Below are positions 39,340-52,169 of a stretch of 64,000 bases of DNA, piece after piece. Position 1 is the first letter of the stretch; the number at the start of each line of letters is the position of its first letter. The DNA is taken from the NCBI GenBank assembly GCA_030390025.1, contig CM059432.1, positions 60,142,001 through 60,206,000 on the forward strand. The letters run 5' to 3'. Under the pieces are notes generated by a model, which made no database searches, had not been told where the DNA came from, and was given only the letters and a program-made list of their open reading frames with translations. The stretch is from Squalus acanthias (lineage: Eukaryota). The translations under genes were made by a program, and so were the position numbers.

Positions 39340-40352
39340 GGGGGGAATTTTGACCCCAAAAAACAGGTGGGTTGGGGTCAGGTTAGAGGTTAAACAGTTA
39401 AAAAACAGAATCCCGAACCCAACCCACCTCCAACTGTGGGCGGGCGGGTTTCCCTGGCCTTGGGGAACCTGCTAGCTAAAGGGAGGCAAGGACTGCTGCA
39501 TCCAGGAGGTAAGTGCCTTTCCACTTACCTGCTGGATCTAGTGTTCCTGCCTCGCCAACCCCCCACGATCGGACACCCACCCCGATCCTTCCGTTTTCCC
39601 CCTGACCTCCCCCTGCCCTGAGGCCTCCGATCCCCCCCTCCAGCCCCCGATCTGGCCTTCGATCCCTGGACCCCAATCCTCCTCCGCCCTCCCTCCCCCC
39701 CACCGAGCCCTCCGATCCCCCCTCCGGCCTTCTGACCTCCCCACTCCGGCATCCGATCACCTTCCCGGCCTTCGGATCTTCCCCCTCTGACCCCCCATTG
39801 CCTTCCAGCCTTCCAACCTCACCCCTCCAGCCCCGATTACCTTCCCGGCCTTCCGACCTCACCCCTCCAGCCCCGATTACCTTCCCGGCCTTCCGACCTC
39901 ACCCCTCCAGCCCCGATTACCTTCCCGGCCTTCCGACCTCACCCCTCCAGCCCCGATTACCTTCCCGGCCTTCCGACCTCCCCCCTCCGGCCCCCGATAA
40001 CTTTCCCGGCCCTCCCCCTCCGGCCCCGATCCCACTCTGGCCCTCCCCCTCCGGCCCTGATCCCACTCTGGCCTTCCCCCTCCGGCCCCGATCCTCCTCC
40101 AGCCTCCCACCCACCCCCATCGATCCCTCCCTCCCACCTCTCTGCGACTTGGTGCCGCAGGCCTAGCCGTCTGACAGCCAGCCAGCCAGCCTCTCCATCT
40201 GGCTGGCTGCGGGCGGGAAACAGAGTTTTGAAATGCTAATCAGACCCCGCCGTTAAATTCAGCAGGGCCTGCGGGAAACCCGTTCTCCCGGGTTTGCCGA
40301 CCACTTTCCAGCTCCCCCGCTCCCTACCTGCCTCCAAATTAAAATTCCGGCC
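39340..40352. mobile_element. Harbinger-type non-autonomous element with an internal minisatellite, inserted in a CR1
   Basis: Splits ggacacaaa|gagtctgc with a 3-bp duplication. Ends are ggggggaatttt / aaaattccggcc. Confidence 0.8.
39809..39990. repeat. 40-bp minisatellite, 4 copies plus a partial copy
   Basis: Unit ccttccgacctcacccctccagccccgattaccttcccgg starts at 39809, 39849, 39889 and 39929, with a partial copy at 39969. Confidence 0.95.
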
Positions 40353-40504
40353 AAAGAGTCTGCAAAGGGATATAGCCAGGCTAAGTGAATGGGCAAGAAG
40401 GTGACAGATGGAGTATAATGTGGGGAAATGTGAGGTTACTCACTTTGGTAGGAAGAATAGAAAAACAGAATATTTTTTAAATGGTGAGAAACTATTAAAT
40501 GTTC

Positions 40505-40783
40505 AAGGAAATCTGCCGTCCTTACCCAATCTGGCCTATATGTGACTCCAGCCCCACAGCAATGTGGTTGACTCTTAACTGCCCTCTGAAATGGCAGAAT
40601 AGCAAGCCACTCAGTTGTACCTAACTACTGCGACAAAGTCAGCACCGTGGGAGTACCTTCCCATTGGGACTGCAGTGGTTCAAGAAGGCGACTCACCACC
40701 ACTTTCTGAAGGGTAATTAGGGATGGGCAATAAATGCCGGCCTTGCCAGCGATGCCCACATCCTGTGAACGAATAAAAAAAAA
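40505..40783 (+). mobile_element. SINE-like 3' fragment sharing its tail with the LINE at 43560-44110
   Basis: The tail ggactgcagtggttcaagaaggcg...ttagggatgggcaataaatgccggccttgccagcgatgcccacatcc plus poly(A) is the reverse complement of 43560-43680. The upstream body is non-coding. Confidence 0.7.
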
Positions 40784-42747
40784 TTATACAGGGCTTTGGT
40801 GAGACCACACCAGAAGTACCGCGTACAGTTTTGGACTCCATACCTAAGGAAGGATATACTTGCCTTAGAGGCGGTGTAACAAAGGTTCACTAGATTGATT
40901 CCTGGGATGAGAGGGTTGTCCTATGAGGAGAGATTGAGTAGAATGGGCCTATACTTACTGGAGTTTAGAAGAATGAGAGGTGATCTCATTGAAACATAGA
41001 AGATTCTGAGAGGGCTTGACAGGGTAGATGCTGAGAGGTTGCTTCCCCTGGCTGGAGAGTCTAGAACTAGGGGGCATAGTTTCAGAAGAAGGGGTTAGCC
41101 ATTTAGGACTGAGATGAGAAGAAATTTCTTCACTCAGAGAGTTGTGAATCTTTGTAAGTCTCTACCCCAGAGGGCTGTGGAAGCTCAGTCATTGAGTATA
41201 TTCAAGGCTGAGATCAATAGATTTTTGGACTCTAAGGGAATCAAGGGATATGGGGATCAGGCAGGAAAGTGGAGTTGAGGTCGAAGATCAGCCCTGATCT
41301 TATTGAATGACAGAGCAGTCTTGAGGGGCCGTATAGCCTACTCCTGCTCCTGTTTCTTATGTCCTTATGTTTTTTTTAGAGTGTACGCCATACTGCTCCA
41401 ACCAGTTTCATTGGCAGTAGAGCCGAAAAGGCCCTGAAAAGGCCCCACAAAAGTAATCTGGGCTCTGTAGTTCCGGGCTCCCTTCCCCCCTACTTCCCTC
41501 CACCGCTGTTGCCGTCCGAGCAGCCTCTGGCCACCTGATATTGAGCTGACCTGAATCTAACGAGCTGCATCAGGGTGCCTGTTTGATGCTTGCCCTTCCA
41601 TTTAAATGAGACCAAGGCCTCAAAATGGCTCTAGCCTCTTCACCCCTGGAACGAGTGAGTTGCTCTAGTTGTACGATTTCTTCTGGACTTCTAGGCAGGT
41701 TCTCCAGGTTCATGCCTATTACATTCCATGTTTACTGCATGGCGTTTACTCATCCCCAGTCCTCCAACGGCTTTGGCTGATAAAAATGTTGGCAGCTGTA
41801 AATGCTTGAGTGGGAGGGATACCATCACAGGTGTGGAAGATAGTTTCTAAACTGCACATAGCTGGCCCGAGTGCTTTTGCCAGTTTATGAAGAACAAGAA
41901 GTTGTTCTACTGCACACTCAACCAATGAGTAGTGGGCAGCATCAAGTTCAGCCTCTATCCCACACCCTGCCTGCTAATCCAGCTATAGCATCCAATTTTG
42001 GAGTCACGGGATGAATACGAACTGAGAAAACTCTGATTTAATAGAGCTCTACAAACGTTAATAAACTCTAAAATGAAATGACACAAGCACACTTTTGTTG
42101 GGAGAGGATTCTCTAACCATACAAAGCAGGTGCTATGGCTGGCAACACAGAGTACCAGCCTGAAGGAGATGAAGCTGCATGACTTAAAGAGGAGCATCCA
42201 GGTAAAGCATCAATGTCAAGACATGGAAGAAAGTAGCAGTTGTTAAAAATTTATGAAAAAACGCTACTGATAAACAGAAATGTTAGCAAGGTGTCACCAT
42301 TTAATGTACAAAGCCCACAACAATTACAGCAATACTGGCCCTCGGCACTGATGCAGGGCTATTGGGGTTAGTTGTAGATACTTTCTGTATCCCCTTGTTA
42401 ATTGGCTAAGTAATTAATCTACTACTGCTGCTCACTCAACTAGGAGAGCCATTACTACTAAGCCACATCCACAACCAAGATAGAGAATCTCAAAACAAAG
42501 GGACAAACAGAAAAGCAAAATACATTAAACATGTACCCCACTTGCACTTTAGTGGTCAGGGGGGTGTCCAATCGCGGAGGGGTGGGGTCTGATTGCGGGG
42601 AGGAGCAGATGCTGGTCGGGTGGGAGGTCCGATCGCTGTGGGGGGGGGGGGGGTGGGTGCGATGGATGGCAACACAGGGGACCTGCCGCTTCATGACTTA
42701 AAGAAGAGCATCCAGGTAAAGCATCAAATGTCAAGAGATGGAAGAAA

Positions 42748-44235
42748 GCAGTGGATGTAGTGTATTTGGATTTTCAAAAAGGTGCCACACAAGAGGTTAT
42801 TACACAAAATTAGGACTCATGGGATTGGGGGTAATATATTAGCATGGATTGAGGATTGGTTAATGGACAGAAAACAGAGAGTAGAAATAAATGGGACTTT
42901 TTCGGGTTGGCAGGCTGTAACTAGCGGGGTACCGCAAGGATCAGTGCTTGGGCCTCAGCTATTTACAATCTATATTAATGACTTAGATTAAGGGACTGAG
43001 TGTAACGTATCCAAGTTTGCTGATGAGGACGCAAAGTGGCTGCAGAGAGATATAGACAGGTTGATTGAGTGGGCAAGAACATTGCAAATGGAATACAATG
43101 TGGTGAAGTATGAAGTTGCTCACTGTGGTAGGAAAAACCAAAAAGCTGAATATTTTTTGAATGGTGAGAGACTGGGAAATGTTTGCATTCAGAGGGACCT
43201 GGATGTCCTTGTACATGAATCACAGAAAGTTAACATGCAGGTACAGCAAGGAATTAGGAAATAAAATGGTATGTTAGCTTTTGTTACAAAGGGATTAGAG
43301 TATTAGAGTAAAGAAGTCTTACTACAACTATACAGGGCATTGGTGAGGCCACACCTGGAGTACTGTGTACAGTTCTGGTCTCTTTACCTGAGGAAAAACA
43401 TACTTCCTTAGAGGGAGTGCAACAAAGGTTCACTAGACTGGTTCCTGGGATGACAGGATTGCCCTATGAGGAGAGATTGAGTAGACTAGGCCTATATTCC
43501 CTAGAGTTTAGAAGAATGAGAGGTGGTCTAATTGAAACATATAAAATTCTTAAGGGGCTTTTTTATTCATTCATTTTTTATGGGATGTGGGCGTCGCTGG
43601 CAAAGCCAGCATTTATTGCCCATCCCTAAGTACCCTTGAGAAGGTGGTGGTGAGCCACCTTCTTGAACCGCTGCAGTCCGTGTGGTGAAGGTTCTCTCAC
43701 AGTGCTGTTAGGTAGGGAGTTCCAGAATTTTGACCCAGCGATGATGAAGGATCGGCAATATACTTCTAAGTCAGGATGGTGTGTGACTTGGAGGGGAACT
43801 TGCAGGTGGTGGTGTTCCCATGCATCTCCTGCCCTTGTCCTTCTAGGTGGAAGAGGTCGTTGGTTTGGGAGGTGTTGCCGAAGAAGCCTTGGCGAGTTGC
43901 TGCAGTGCATCTTGTAGATGGTACACACTGCAGCCACGGTACGCCGGTGGTGGAGGGAGTGAATATTTAAGGTGGTAGATGGGGTGCCAATCAAGCGGGC
44001 TGCTTTGTCCTGGATGGTGTCGAGTTTCTTGAGTGTTGTTGGAGCTGCACTCATCTAGGCAAGTGGAGAGTATTCCATCACACTCCTTACTTGTGCCTTG
44101 TAGATGGTAGAAAGGCTTGACAGGGTTAATGCTGAGAAAATGTTTCCCCTGGCTGGGGAATCTAGAACACAGGGTCACAATCTCAGAATAAGGGGTTGGC
44201 CATTTAGGACTGAGATGAGGAGAAATATCTTCACT
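42748..44235 (+). mobile_element. CR1 LINE RT/3' part
   Basis: Contains [21 protein letters not shown] and [19 protein letters not shown]. Confidence 0.9.
43560..44110 (-). mobile_element. LINE 3' end (non-CR1 family) inserted in a CR1
   Basis: Reads AAPTTLKKLDTIQDKAARLIG...SLHHRRTVAAVCTIYK...FWNSLP. ggctt is repeated at both junctions. Confidence 0.85.
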
Positions 44236-44538
44236 TACCTTATAGATTCAGCCCAGCTCGCTTCCTTTCACCTGCCGGATTTCCCGAGGCCTGGGAAACC
44301 CAGCCGACTGTGGTTAAAAATAGAATCACTGTTAACATGAAGGCGCGCAGCTTAATTAAAATATTTAAATGACCAACCCACCTCCTGCGAGTGGATTGGT
44401 CGCCCACCTCTCGTCCCGCCTCCATTAAAACCAGAAGTGGGCAGTTTCTAGGCGGGTTGGATCCTGTTTCAGATTTTTAGCTTTTTAACCTCCCATCCAA
44501 ACCAAACTCACCTGTTTTGGGTGGTTAAAACTCCCCCC
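44236..44538. mobile_element. Terminal part of a Harbinger-type MITE (39340 family, reverse orientation)
   Basis: Ends cacctgttttgggtggttaaaactcccccc, which resembles the reverse complement of 39340-39375. Confidence 0.6.
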
Positions 44539-47146
44539 AAAGTGTATGTAGTCCAAAGCTGAAAGAAAGTGGCTTCTCCTGAGATACTCCCTGTAGGTGC
44601 TTAAAAAGTGACATAAAAGTTGAGAGCAATGGTGACCTTCATTGCTGCTGATAATGCATTGCAGATAATTCACTGTTCTTACAGGTTTTCGTGGGCCAGG
44701 CTGCACACTTTAGCCTTCCTGGTGAGCCTAAGCTGCCTAATGCACTGCGCCTTTACCAGGCCCAGGTAGCTAATTCTGTTGCAGTACACCTTCTGCCTGC
44801 AGTAGTGCTGGCTGCAACTCATGCATCTAATATCCCCTCTACAGTCCAGCCTTTGCATGCACTTCATCTTGTGATATACCTTTCAAAGCCATAGCCATGC
44901 TTTCTGAGAAAAAAACTCCTCTGCTTATTCATTTCTCTTACTGCTATGTGGTAGACTCAAATCATTTCAGTCATTCTGCTCATACTAACTACAGCTTGGA
45001 CCTGGAGTAAAATATTCAATTTTGATTTGTCTGTGTAGCTGGATAAAGGTGCAGAAGCTCATCACCAGTGATCTTAAACAAGGCCTTGATTTAGGGTTAG
45101 ATTTTTGTCCTCTTTTCGATAGCCTTTTTTACTCCTTTTTTGGAGTGGCAACAACGCTCATATCATCCACTGGCACTTTCTCCTGACATTACAGCATTAT
45201 ACTTAATTCTAATTTTTCACAAAACTTAAAAAAGAGGAATATTGGATGCAAAATGTTTAAGTGTTAAAGAATCACTTTTCAGTACATAAACACTTCTCAA
45301 TCAGCTCTTTTATCCATGGAACTGATATAAAGTTATGCTTTCTACTGTTAAATCAGGATTTACAAGGTCAATGAACTGTAAAATTATTAAAATATTTTAC
45401 ATCTTCTGAGCAAGATAATTTTTTTGCAATATTTTCAGAAGCTCATTATTTTAATGTTACTCTTGAAATAAAGAAGAGAACTGTTGGAGTCACGCAACTT
45501 TAAGTCTATTGCACTTAACTTCCCTTTGCCAGCATATGTAAGGGGCCATTTTCTGACTTTACAATCCTCAGTGGGAACACTGCCCCACTAGCAGTGCAGA
45601 TGGGAATTTTGGGCACAAGCTGTGCATGATTTTCTGACCATTTAAATTACCAGTCGACAAATCATGGACAGCATTAGGGAGGGGGGAAATCATATGGGAT
45701 TCCTGGTCATGATTGCTATCAAGCGATCTTTGGTGGAAGTGTGCCTGTGTGGAGGTTGGTGGCAGATAGGATTGGTCTTGGCTGTGATGCTCTCACGGTT
45801 ATAATGGGCTATCGGCATTCATTATGAAATCTTACAAAAAGTGTTACTTGGGTGAAGTACTAGAGGATGACAGCCACCTGTGAACTTAAACCACGGCAAA
45901 GAATCAATGACCCAGATTTTGTGGTAAAAATGACGGTTAGGCTATCAGCGCTCACTGTTAGTAAAGTGTAAATCAGACAGCAACTTCAGGCGACTGCACA
46001 TTTGCAGTTAAATGTGAAGAGCAGGAAGTTGATGTCCAAGTCGTCCTGCTCATCCAGAAGCTGTGCTATACCGCTATCTCACTGAGAGACTCACCATTGA
46101 AACACATGGAACGCGTGAAGTTGCTGTACTTACCCACTAGATACCCACTAAACTCGTCTGAAAAAGTTAAGGCTTGTCCATTTTAGTGTAAATAGATTTT
46201 TAACTCTGGCCGTCCACTCTGGCCCGATGCAACTTAGAGGGCCTACTGGGTGAAATGTGAGCCATGGATGCTCCGCTCAGTAAATCCTGGCTGTCTGGAC
46301 CTATTGTAGACTAATTGATAGAGATTGATTGCTCTGAGTAGTCAACAACTCCATTATCGTTGTATCATGCAACGACCAGGATGATAGAAGGTGAACTAGG
46401 TGATCTGTGGTCTTTTTCGTCTACCAATTTCTATGTGCCGAAGAGGAAGAGGTTCCAAAGAGGTAAGTCTAAAATTATTTTTGTGGGTCAGGAGAAGTAG
46501 GAGTGCTCTTCTGGGCTCCACAAGAATAATGTGGTCCGCTGCCACCCCAGACCCTATAGCTGGACCTACTTTTCTGTCAACCGGTGTGGCGCCTGGGCCA
46601 CCAATACTGCAAAGGCCTGGAGCTACTGAGTTGCAGTGGGACACCTGTTTGGGCCGTGCAACTAGCCAGACGTATATTAATGAGTCCCAGGCTTCAAAAT
46701 GGCTTGGGCCTCCCACTGGAGGGATCGGTGGCTCCTCCAGTTGGCCGTCCAAAAGTTAAAATCTACTCGATCAGTGCTGATGTGAACCAAAGAAGAATAG
46801 AGAATGAATAACACAGAGGTAAAATAAATTAAACATTGGATGCCGTCACGAGTTCTTTCGACATTTTGATAGTCATTAAACAGTTGTTCAAATTGCTTAC
46901 ATTAGCATCAATTACTTTTATTTTTTAGTTTCACATTTCACTAGAAATACACTAATGCATATAATAGCGACATTTTTGAAAAACTCAGTGGGAACACAGA
47001 CTGATGTAATTTGTTGTGACTAAAATTTCAAAATTTAGAAAATAAAAGTAGTTAAACTTCACTCAAAAAGGAATACTGATTGCTGAGTAGGATAGAAAAA
47101 TTCATGTTGCCTTCCCAGAGAAAAATCATAGTGAATAAAACTAGAT

Positions 47147-49913
47147 GGCATAGAAATGCGGTAGCCCTCGAAAACAGGCACAGGAATCGCGAGGCGATAG
47201 GAATCCGTGCTCGTTCGGAGGACTGCAGGTAGCACGTAAAATTCGTGCTGCCTACTGCTTTGCATGATTGTAGCGCTGAACATGCTGCTGAGTAGCTGAA
47301 TGCTCAGCAGGGGACGCAGAATAGGGTGGCACATAATAGATGACAGCAGACCTTAAGTGGCGGGGGATCTCACCTCACCCCCTTGGAGGAGACAGTGCTG
47401 GCCTGCAGCCGGGCAGGGCAAAAGGGTAGTTCAGATGTCAGCTCCCCGGAGCTGCACAGGACTCAGATGAAGACCTCGATGGGGCAGCTTACAAAAGAAT
47501 GCTGATGGGTATGCACAATGAAATGCTTGGTGCATTTTACAGGCCTGCCAGAAAGCCTGAATGCAATGTCAAGCAGCATGGAGGAGTCCAGCTCCAGCCT
47601 TGCACAGGGCTCTGGGCAGAGCTTGGAGACCATCCTTTCCAGTGTGGAAGGCTGGCCAGATCCATTAACGCACTTGTGAACCCAACATCATGCCGCGTCT
47701 GATGGTCGAGGTCTCAGCTTCCACTGCAGCGCAAGCACAAGCCACCTAACATCTGAGTGCTGCAATGGAAGCTCAGACTGAAGTCGTGCAAGGACAGCCT
47801 GCTGCCATTATGGCTGGGTTTCCCAGTGTTGAAAGGGGCTTGCAGGGTGTCACAGCAGTCCAGCTGTCTGTACTCCAGCAGATTACTAGGATTGCTGAGA
47901 TGCTGCCCCTGGGGAGTGGCAATGGATCCCTGCAGGATGACCTTGCTGCCATCTGCATTCTTCCCCACTGAAAGTCAGCAGCCTTCCACCAACCATGCTG
48001 CAGCCACTGGGGTTGCACTGCGTAGTAGCACAAGGACAGGCAAAGGCACACACAAGACAGTCACTAAGGTAATGCACAGGGTGATTATTTAAATCTTTGA
48101 TGTATTATTGGATGGATATATGGATAAACTTTGATTGGAAAGTTTGCTTTGTGGTGGCTTTTATTTCAGCATTGTGTCCAAGATGACGCGGTGATGGTCA
48201 GTAACAGAGGTAAGGTAAGGTGTGGAACTAATATTGAATGGGGAATTGGGGATGCTTTCCATTATACCGCAGGTGGATGATTTGATCCCGGATATCCCGG
48301 CCATAAAGGGGCTGTCTGGGTTGCCTCCTTCCTTCCATTTCCGCTTCTTCCACCTCCTCCTCATCTTCCTCCTCCTCTTCCTCCTCCTCCTCCTGCTCCT
48401 GAGCTGGTGGCCGCAACCCCGGTGCCAATGGCTGTGCCTTCATGATGGCCAGGTTGTGGCGGATACAGCAGACCACAATGAATCGGGACACAGGCTCCGG
48501 TGAGTACTGTAGGGCTCCTCCAGAGCATTCCAGGCAGCAGAAGTGTTGTTTAAGGACGCCAATGGTCTGCTCTATGATGTTTTGTGTGGCAGCATGGCTC
48601 TCGTTGTACGCAAGCTGGCCACGTCTGGTTGGGTTGCGGAGTGGAGTCATGAGCCAGGTGGTCAAGGGATAGCCTTTGTCGTCCAGTAGCCACCCTCTGG
48701 TTTGTCTTGTTGGCTCAAAGACTGAGGGAGCAGCGGAATTACTGCTGCTAGGATGCTGGACATTCACCATCATGATGTGCTGGGCACACCAACTGCACAT
48801 TCAGCAAGTGGTAACCGTTGAGGTTGCAGTACAACTAAGCATTTATATAATGTGCCCGTAAAGCCATGTACGTGCAGTCAATGGCGCCCTGCACCATGGG
48901 GAAGTCCACTATCCTGGCAAAACCACGTGCACGCTCCGTCTGCTTCTCTCTGGTCAGAGAGAAGGCAATGAAGTTCCCTCTCCTGGCATAAAGAGCTTCT
49001 GTCACCTCTCTTATGCAGCAGTGGACAGCGAACTGCAAGATGTTACAGATGTCGTCTGCTCCAGCCTGGAAGGATCCCGACGCAAAGAAATTCAGAGCCA
49101 CGGCCACCTTCACAGCCACTGGCAACGCTGTCCTTACCCTGGAGTGAGGCTGCAGGTCGGGTTGCAAGAGGCGGCAGAATTCTGTGAGCACCTCCTTCGT
49201 AAAGTGCAGAGGCCTCACACACTGCTCCTGGTTCAGGTTGAGTTGAAAGAATTGCTCTCGGAAGACCCTTGGTGGGTAAGGCTTCCTGCTGAGAGCCCTT
49301 CTTCCCCTCCTTCCTCTGTGAGCAGCTTGTCCTCTTCTTCGCTGCCTCTGCTCCATCTCCCTGTCATGCTGCAGGCCAAGGGGGATGACAACTAGAGCAC
49401 CCATGACTGGGAGCAAATGGTCTGACCAGAACCCTTGAATTCAGAAGCAAGGCCTTCTCCACTTGCAGCACCACTCCCTGTCACCTCAGCAACGTTATAT
49501 AGCTCTAGAAAGCTCCAAACAGCTCCTCAAACTTACACAGAACAAGTAGAAATCAAAAAGCAAGTTACCTGAAAGTTGTTGATGATCCCTTTAAATACCG
49601 GTGGTGGGGTGTCCTTCCTGCTGCTGAACGCATGTTCAGCTGTGCGAGGTGAGGAGAGGGCGCTAGCTCCAGCAATGACGATGAAAATGGCAGTGCTGGC
49701 ATCAAATCAGCATTGCACGCTAATTGACATCAGGATCTGCCTACTTACCATATTTCTCGAGCATGCTAACAGCCGCCCTACCGCCCTCACCAAGATGGTG
49801 TCAGGCACAGCCTGCACCAGAAGTGTGTACGTGCTGCTTGGGAGCCATTTTGGTCCCAATTCGGCACCTGTAGCACTCATACAATGGGCGCTACGGAACC
49901 AAATTTCTAGGCC
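47147..49913. mobile_element. Harbinger copy D, with most of the Myb gene deleted
   Basis: TIRs ggcatagaaat / atttctaggcc, a Myb 3' remnant at ~47370-48090 on +, and a transposase on -. Confidence 0.85.
48228..49404 (-). pseudogene. HARBI1-like transposase of copy D (two ORF blocks)
   Basis: Motifs: ALNFFASGSFQ, VQGAIDCT, WLLDDKGYPLTTWLMTP, HAATQNIIEQTIGVLKQHF, and a poly-E tail. Confidence 0.9.
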
Positions 49914-50886
49914 TATATATATACCAGATATGTAGTAAATAAATTATGATAACATATGATGACACTTTGGTCTGCCCGAACATTTTAATCTCAATGTTGT
50001 ACTCAAAGTATTGGACATATAACCAAATATCTCAACAGTACCTGAAAAAATAATGGAGCGTGTCCCCGCAGTTAAACAGAATGGCACTAAACTGATGAGT
50101 TTAACCCAGCAGAAAGAGTGGCTGTAAACAAGACAAATGCCTGCTATTGATTTCAGGTTTAATTACTCCAGCAGCACTGACAAAGCCCATCAGATGCTCT
50201 TCAGAAATGTAAATGGGACAAACCACATTTCACCACCCATAGGAAACTGTTGGTTTCTGCAATATGCATTATTTGCTTTTCCTTTAAAAGAACTTCAAGT
50301 TTGATTGTATTAAAAATCACAACTATTCACAATAATCATGATACTAAAAGAGCTCCTTACTTTAACAGGTTAACATTTAACAAACAGAAGGAATAAAGAT
50401 GCAGTACGTAAGCCTATTGCATCAGAAATGAGTTACTCAGTAAGGTCTTCAACTGTGCATTTGATTGAAACAGCTGTTTATTAGTGCCCTAAGCTCTGCT
50501 ATAAACTGACAGAAAGCCTCTGCAGATGCTGTTTATTGCCACACAGCAAGATGCATTGTAATATTTTTAAAGTTTTAATGGTTGGAATGAAAATGTACAT
50601 ACCGACATTAAAGTAACACCTAACAGGCCATTACATATTCAGGAACATGAGGTAGGCTGGGCATTATATTTCAATAAGCCTACAGACAACAGTATACATG
50701 ATGAGGTACTCAAATTATCTTTCAATATTTGGTCACATATGCAAATTTATGCTGGGTTGAATTATATGAAATGCATCTTATATCTATGCATATGCATAGA
50801 GGTATATATGTACAAAATACATACTTAATAGATTTGATTTATATAACTTGGAAAACAAACTTTTTTTTTATGAAGTGATTTTCAAG

Positions 50887-51128
50887 TAATTTTTATATTA
50901 ATGTCTACATACATTTAAACATTAGTAAGTTTCAGTCCTAGCTTTAAATATTACTGATCCTCTAGAATTTCTGCTTTGGAAAATGTACTGCTCCCAACTT
51001 TTTTGCGTGAAGCTAGTTGGGAGCAGTACATTTCTCAAAGCAGAAATTCCGAGAGAATCTGTAATATTTCAAGTTAAGAGTGAAACTTACTAATGTTTAA
51101 ACATATGTAGAAAATAATATGAAAATTA
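50887..51128. repeat. ~240-bp AT-rich foldback (long imperfect palindrome)
   Basis: Paired segments include tttaaacattagtaagtttca / tgaaacttactaatgtttaaa and aaatgtactgctcccaact / agttgggagcagtacattt. Confidence 0.9.
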
Positions 51129-52169
51129 GAACAAAAATAGTTAACAAGGTGCTGCATCTGATTGTTTCAGCTATTTAAGTCAACTGTATAGCTACAGGCA
51201 GTCAATCCTGAGACTAGGACCCTGACTTTGCAAAATTGGTGTGAAAATTATACGGCCAAGTGGGAGTGGATATTGGGACAGGGCCCGGTTACGCCAGGTC
51301 CCTGGCCCTTTTAACACCCTTCAAAATTTGCATTTATTGGCTAGGAATTTCCTCAAAACTGCTCCCGTTCTGCTGCTGTAACTTCGCCGTAAATGCGGCA
51401 GAAACCCAATTAAGGCACATAAACAAGGTTTTCGCCACATTTCCAGTGAAGTTTTGGCAGCAGTGCGGAAGCAGCTTTGAGGAAAGTCCTGGTCACAGTT
51501 TATAGTTAAGTGAGGGCAGTTCCACAATACGTCCACAAAGATATGGGCAAACGTATCATGATGACAGGCAAATGAGGGAAATACGATATATTCCCCTTAG
51601 CAATGCTGGATGATCAATTGCAGTTTGGAAACCAGCCTATTGAAAAACAAACCTTTTAAGTTTTAAAAATCTTTGTCGAACTACGACTTATATTGCAGCA
51701 AGGCCGACAAAATGTCTAAATACCCTGACCCCGGGAGGTGGGATGGGAGTCAGGGGAACACCCTGCCACACTTATGGCAGTGAAACAATAAATTTGGGGC
51801 CTGGGACTTTTGCTAAGCCATCTGAAATCAAGGGCTGTTATATGAGAACATACCTTCATAGGAGAGGGATTAATGCTGAAAGGTTTGTAGTATTTACAAT
51901 ATTTCAATCATATACAGTGGGTTTATTGGTTTCATATATAATACAAATCCTTACACAGATTAATGGAATACATTACAAATTGTAAATTGACAAATTGTGT
52001 TGCGATGTAAGCCTCAATTGTCTGTGGTTCCACCTGTGGCGTGACACTTCGCTGATGGCAGCCCAGATCAAAAAATCGTTTTTGACCTCAAGTCCCCTCA
52101 AGTGGAGGGACTTGTAGATGGCATCCATGTGGCCATCAATGATTTTCATATCAATCATAGCCTATATGA

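Larger units (their letters stand above)
38478..41372 (+). mobile_element. CR1 LINE ORF2/3' part with nested insertions
   Basis: The 191-aa ORF has WKAANVTPLFKKG, QHGF and YLDFQKAFDKV; a CR1 tail follows. Confidence 0.92.

Noticed and set aside
39809..39990. Regular 40-bp repeats as a CRISPR array
   Set aside because: The units are head-to-tail with no unique spacers, there are no cas genes, and the context is vertebrate.
39436..40166. Pro-rich and Gly/Arg-rich ORFs
   Set aside because: These are translations of a minisatellite inside a MITE.
48228..49416. Host HARBI1 gene
   Set aside because: There are several frameshifted paralogous copies bounded by TIRs, so these are transposon relics rather than the domesticated gene.
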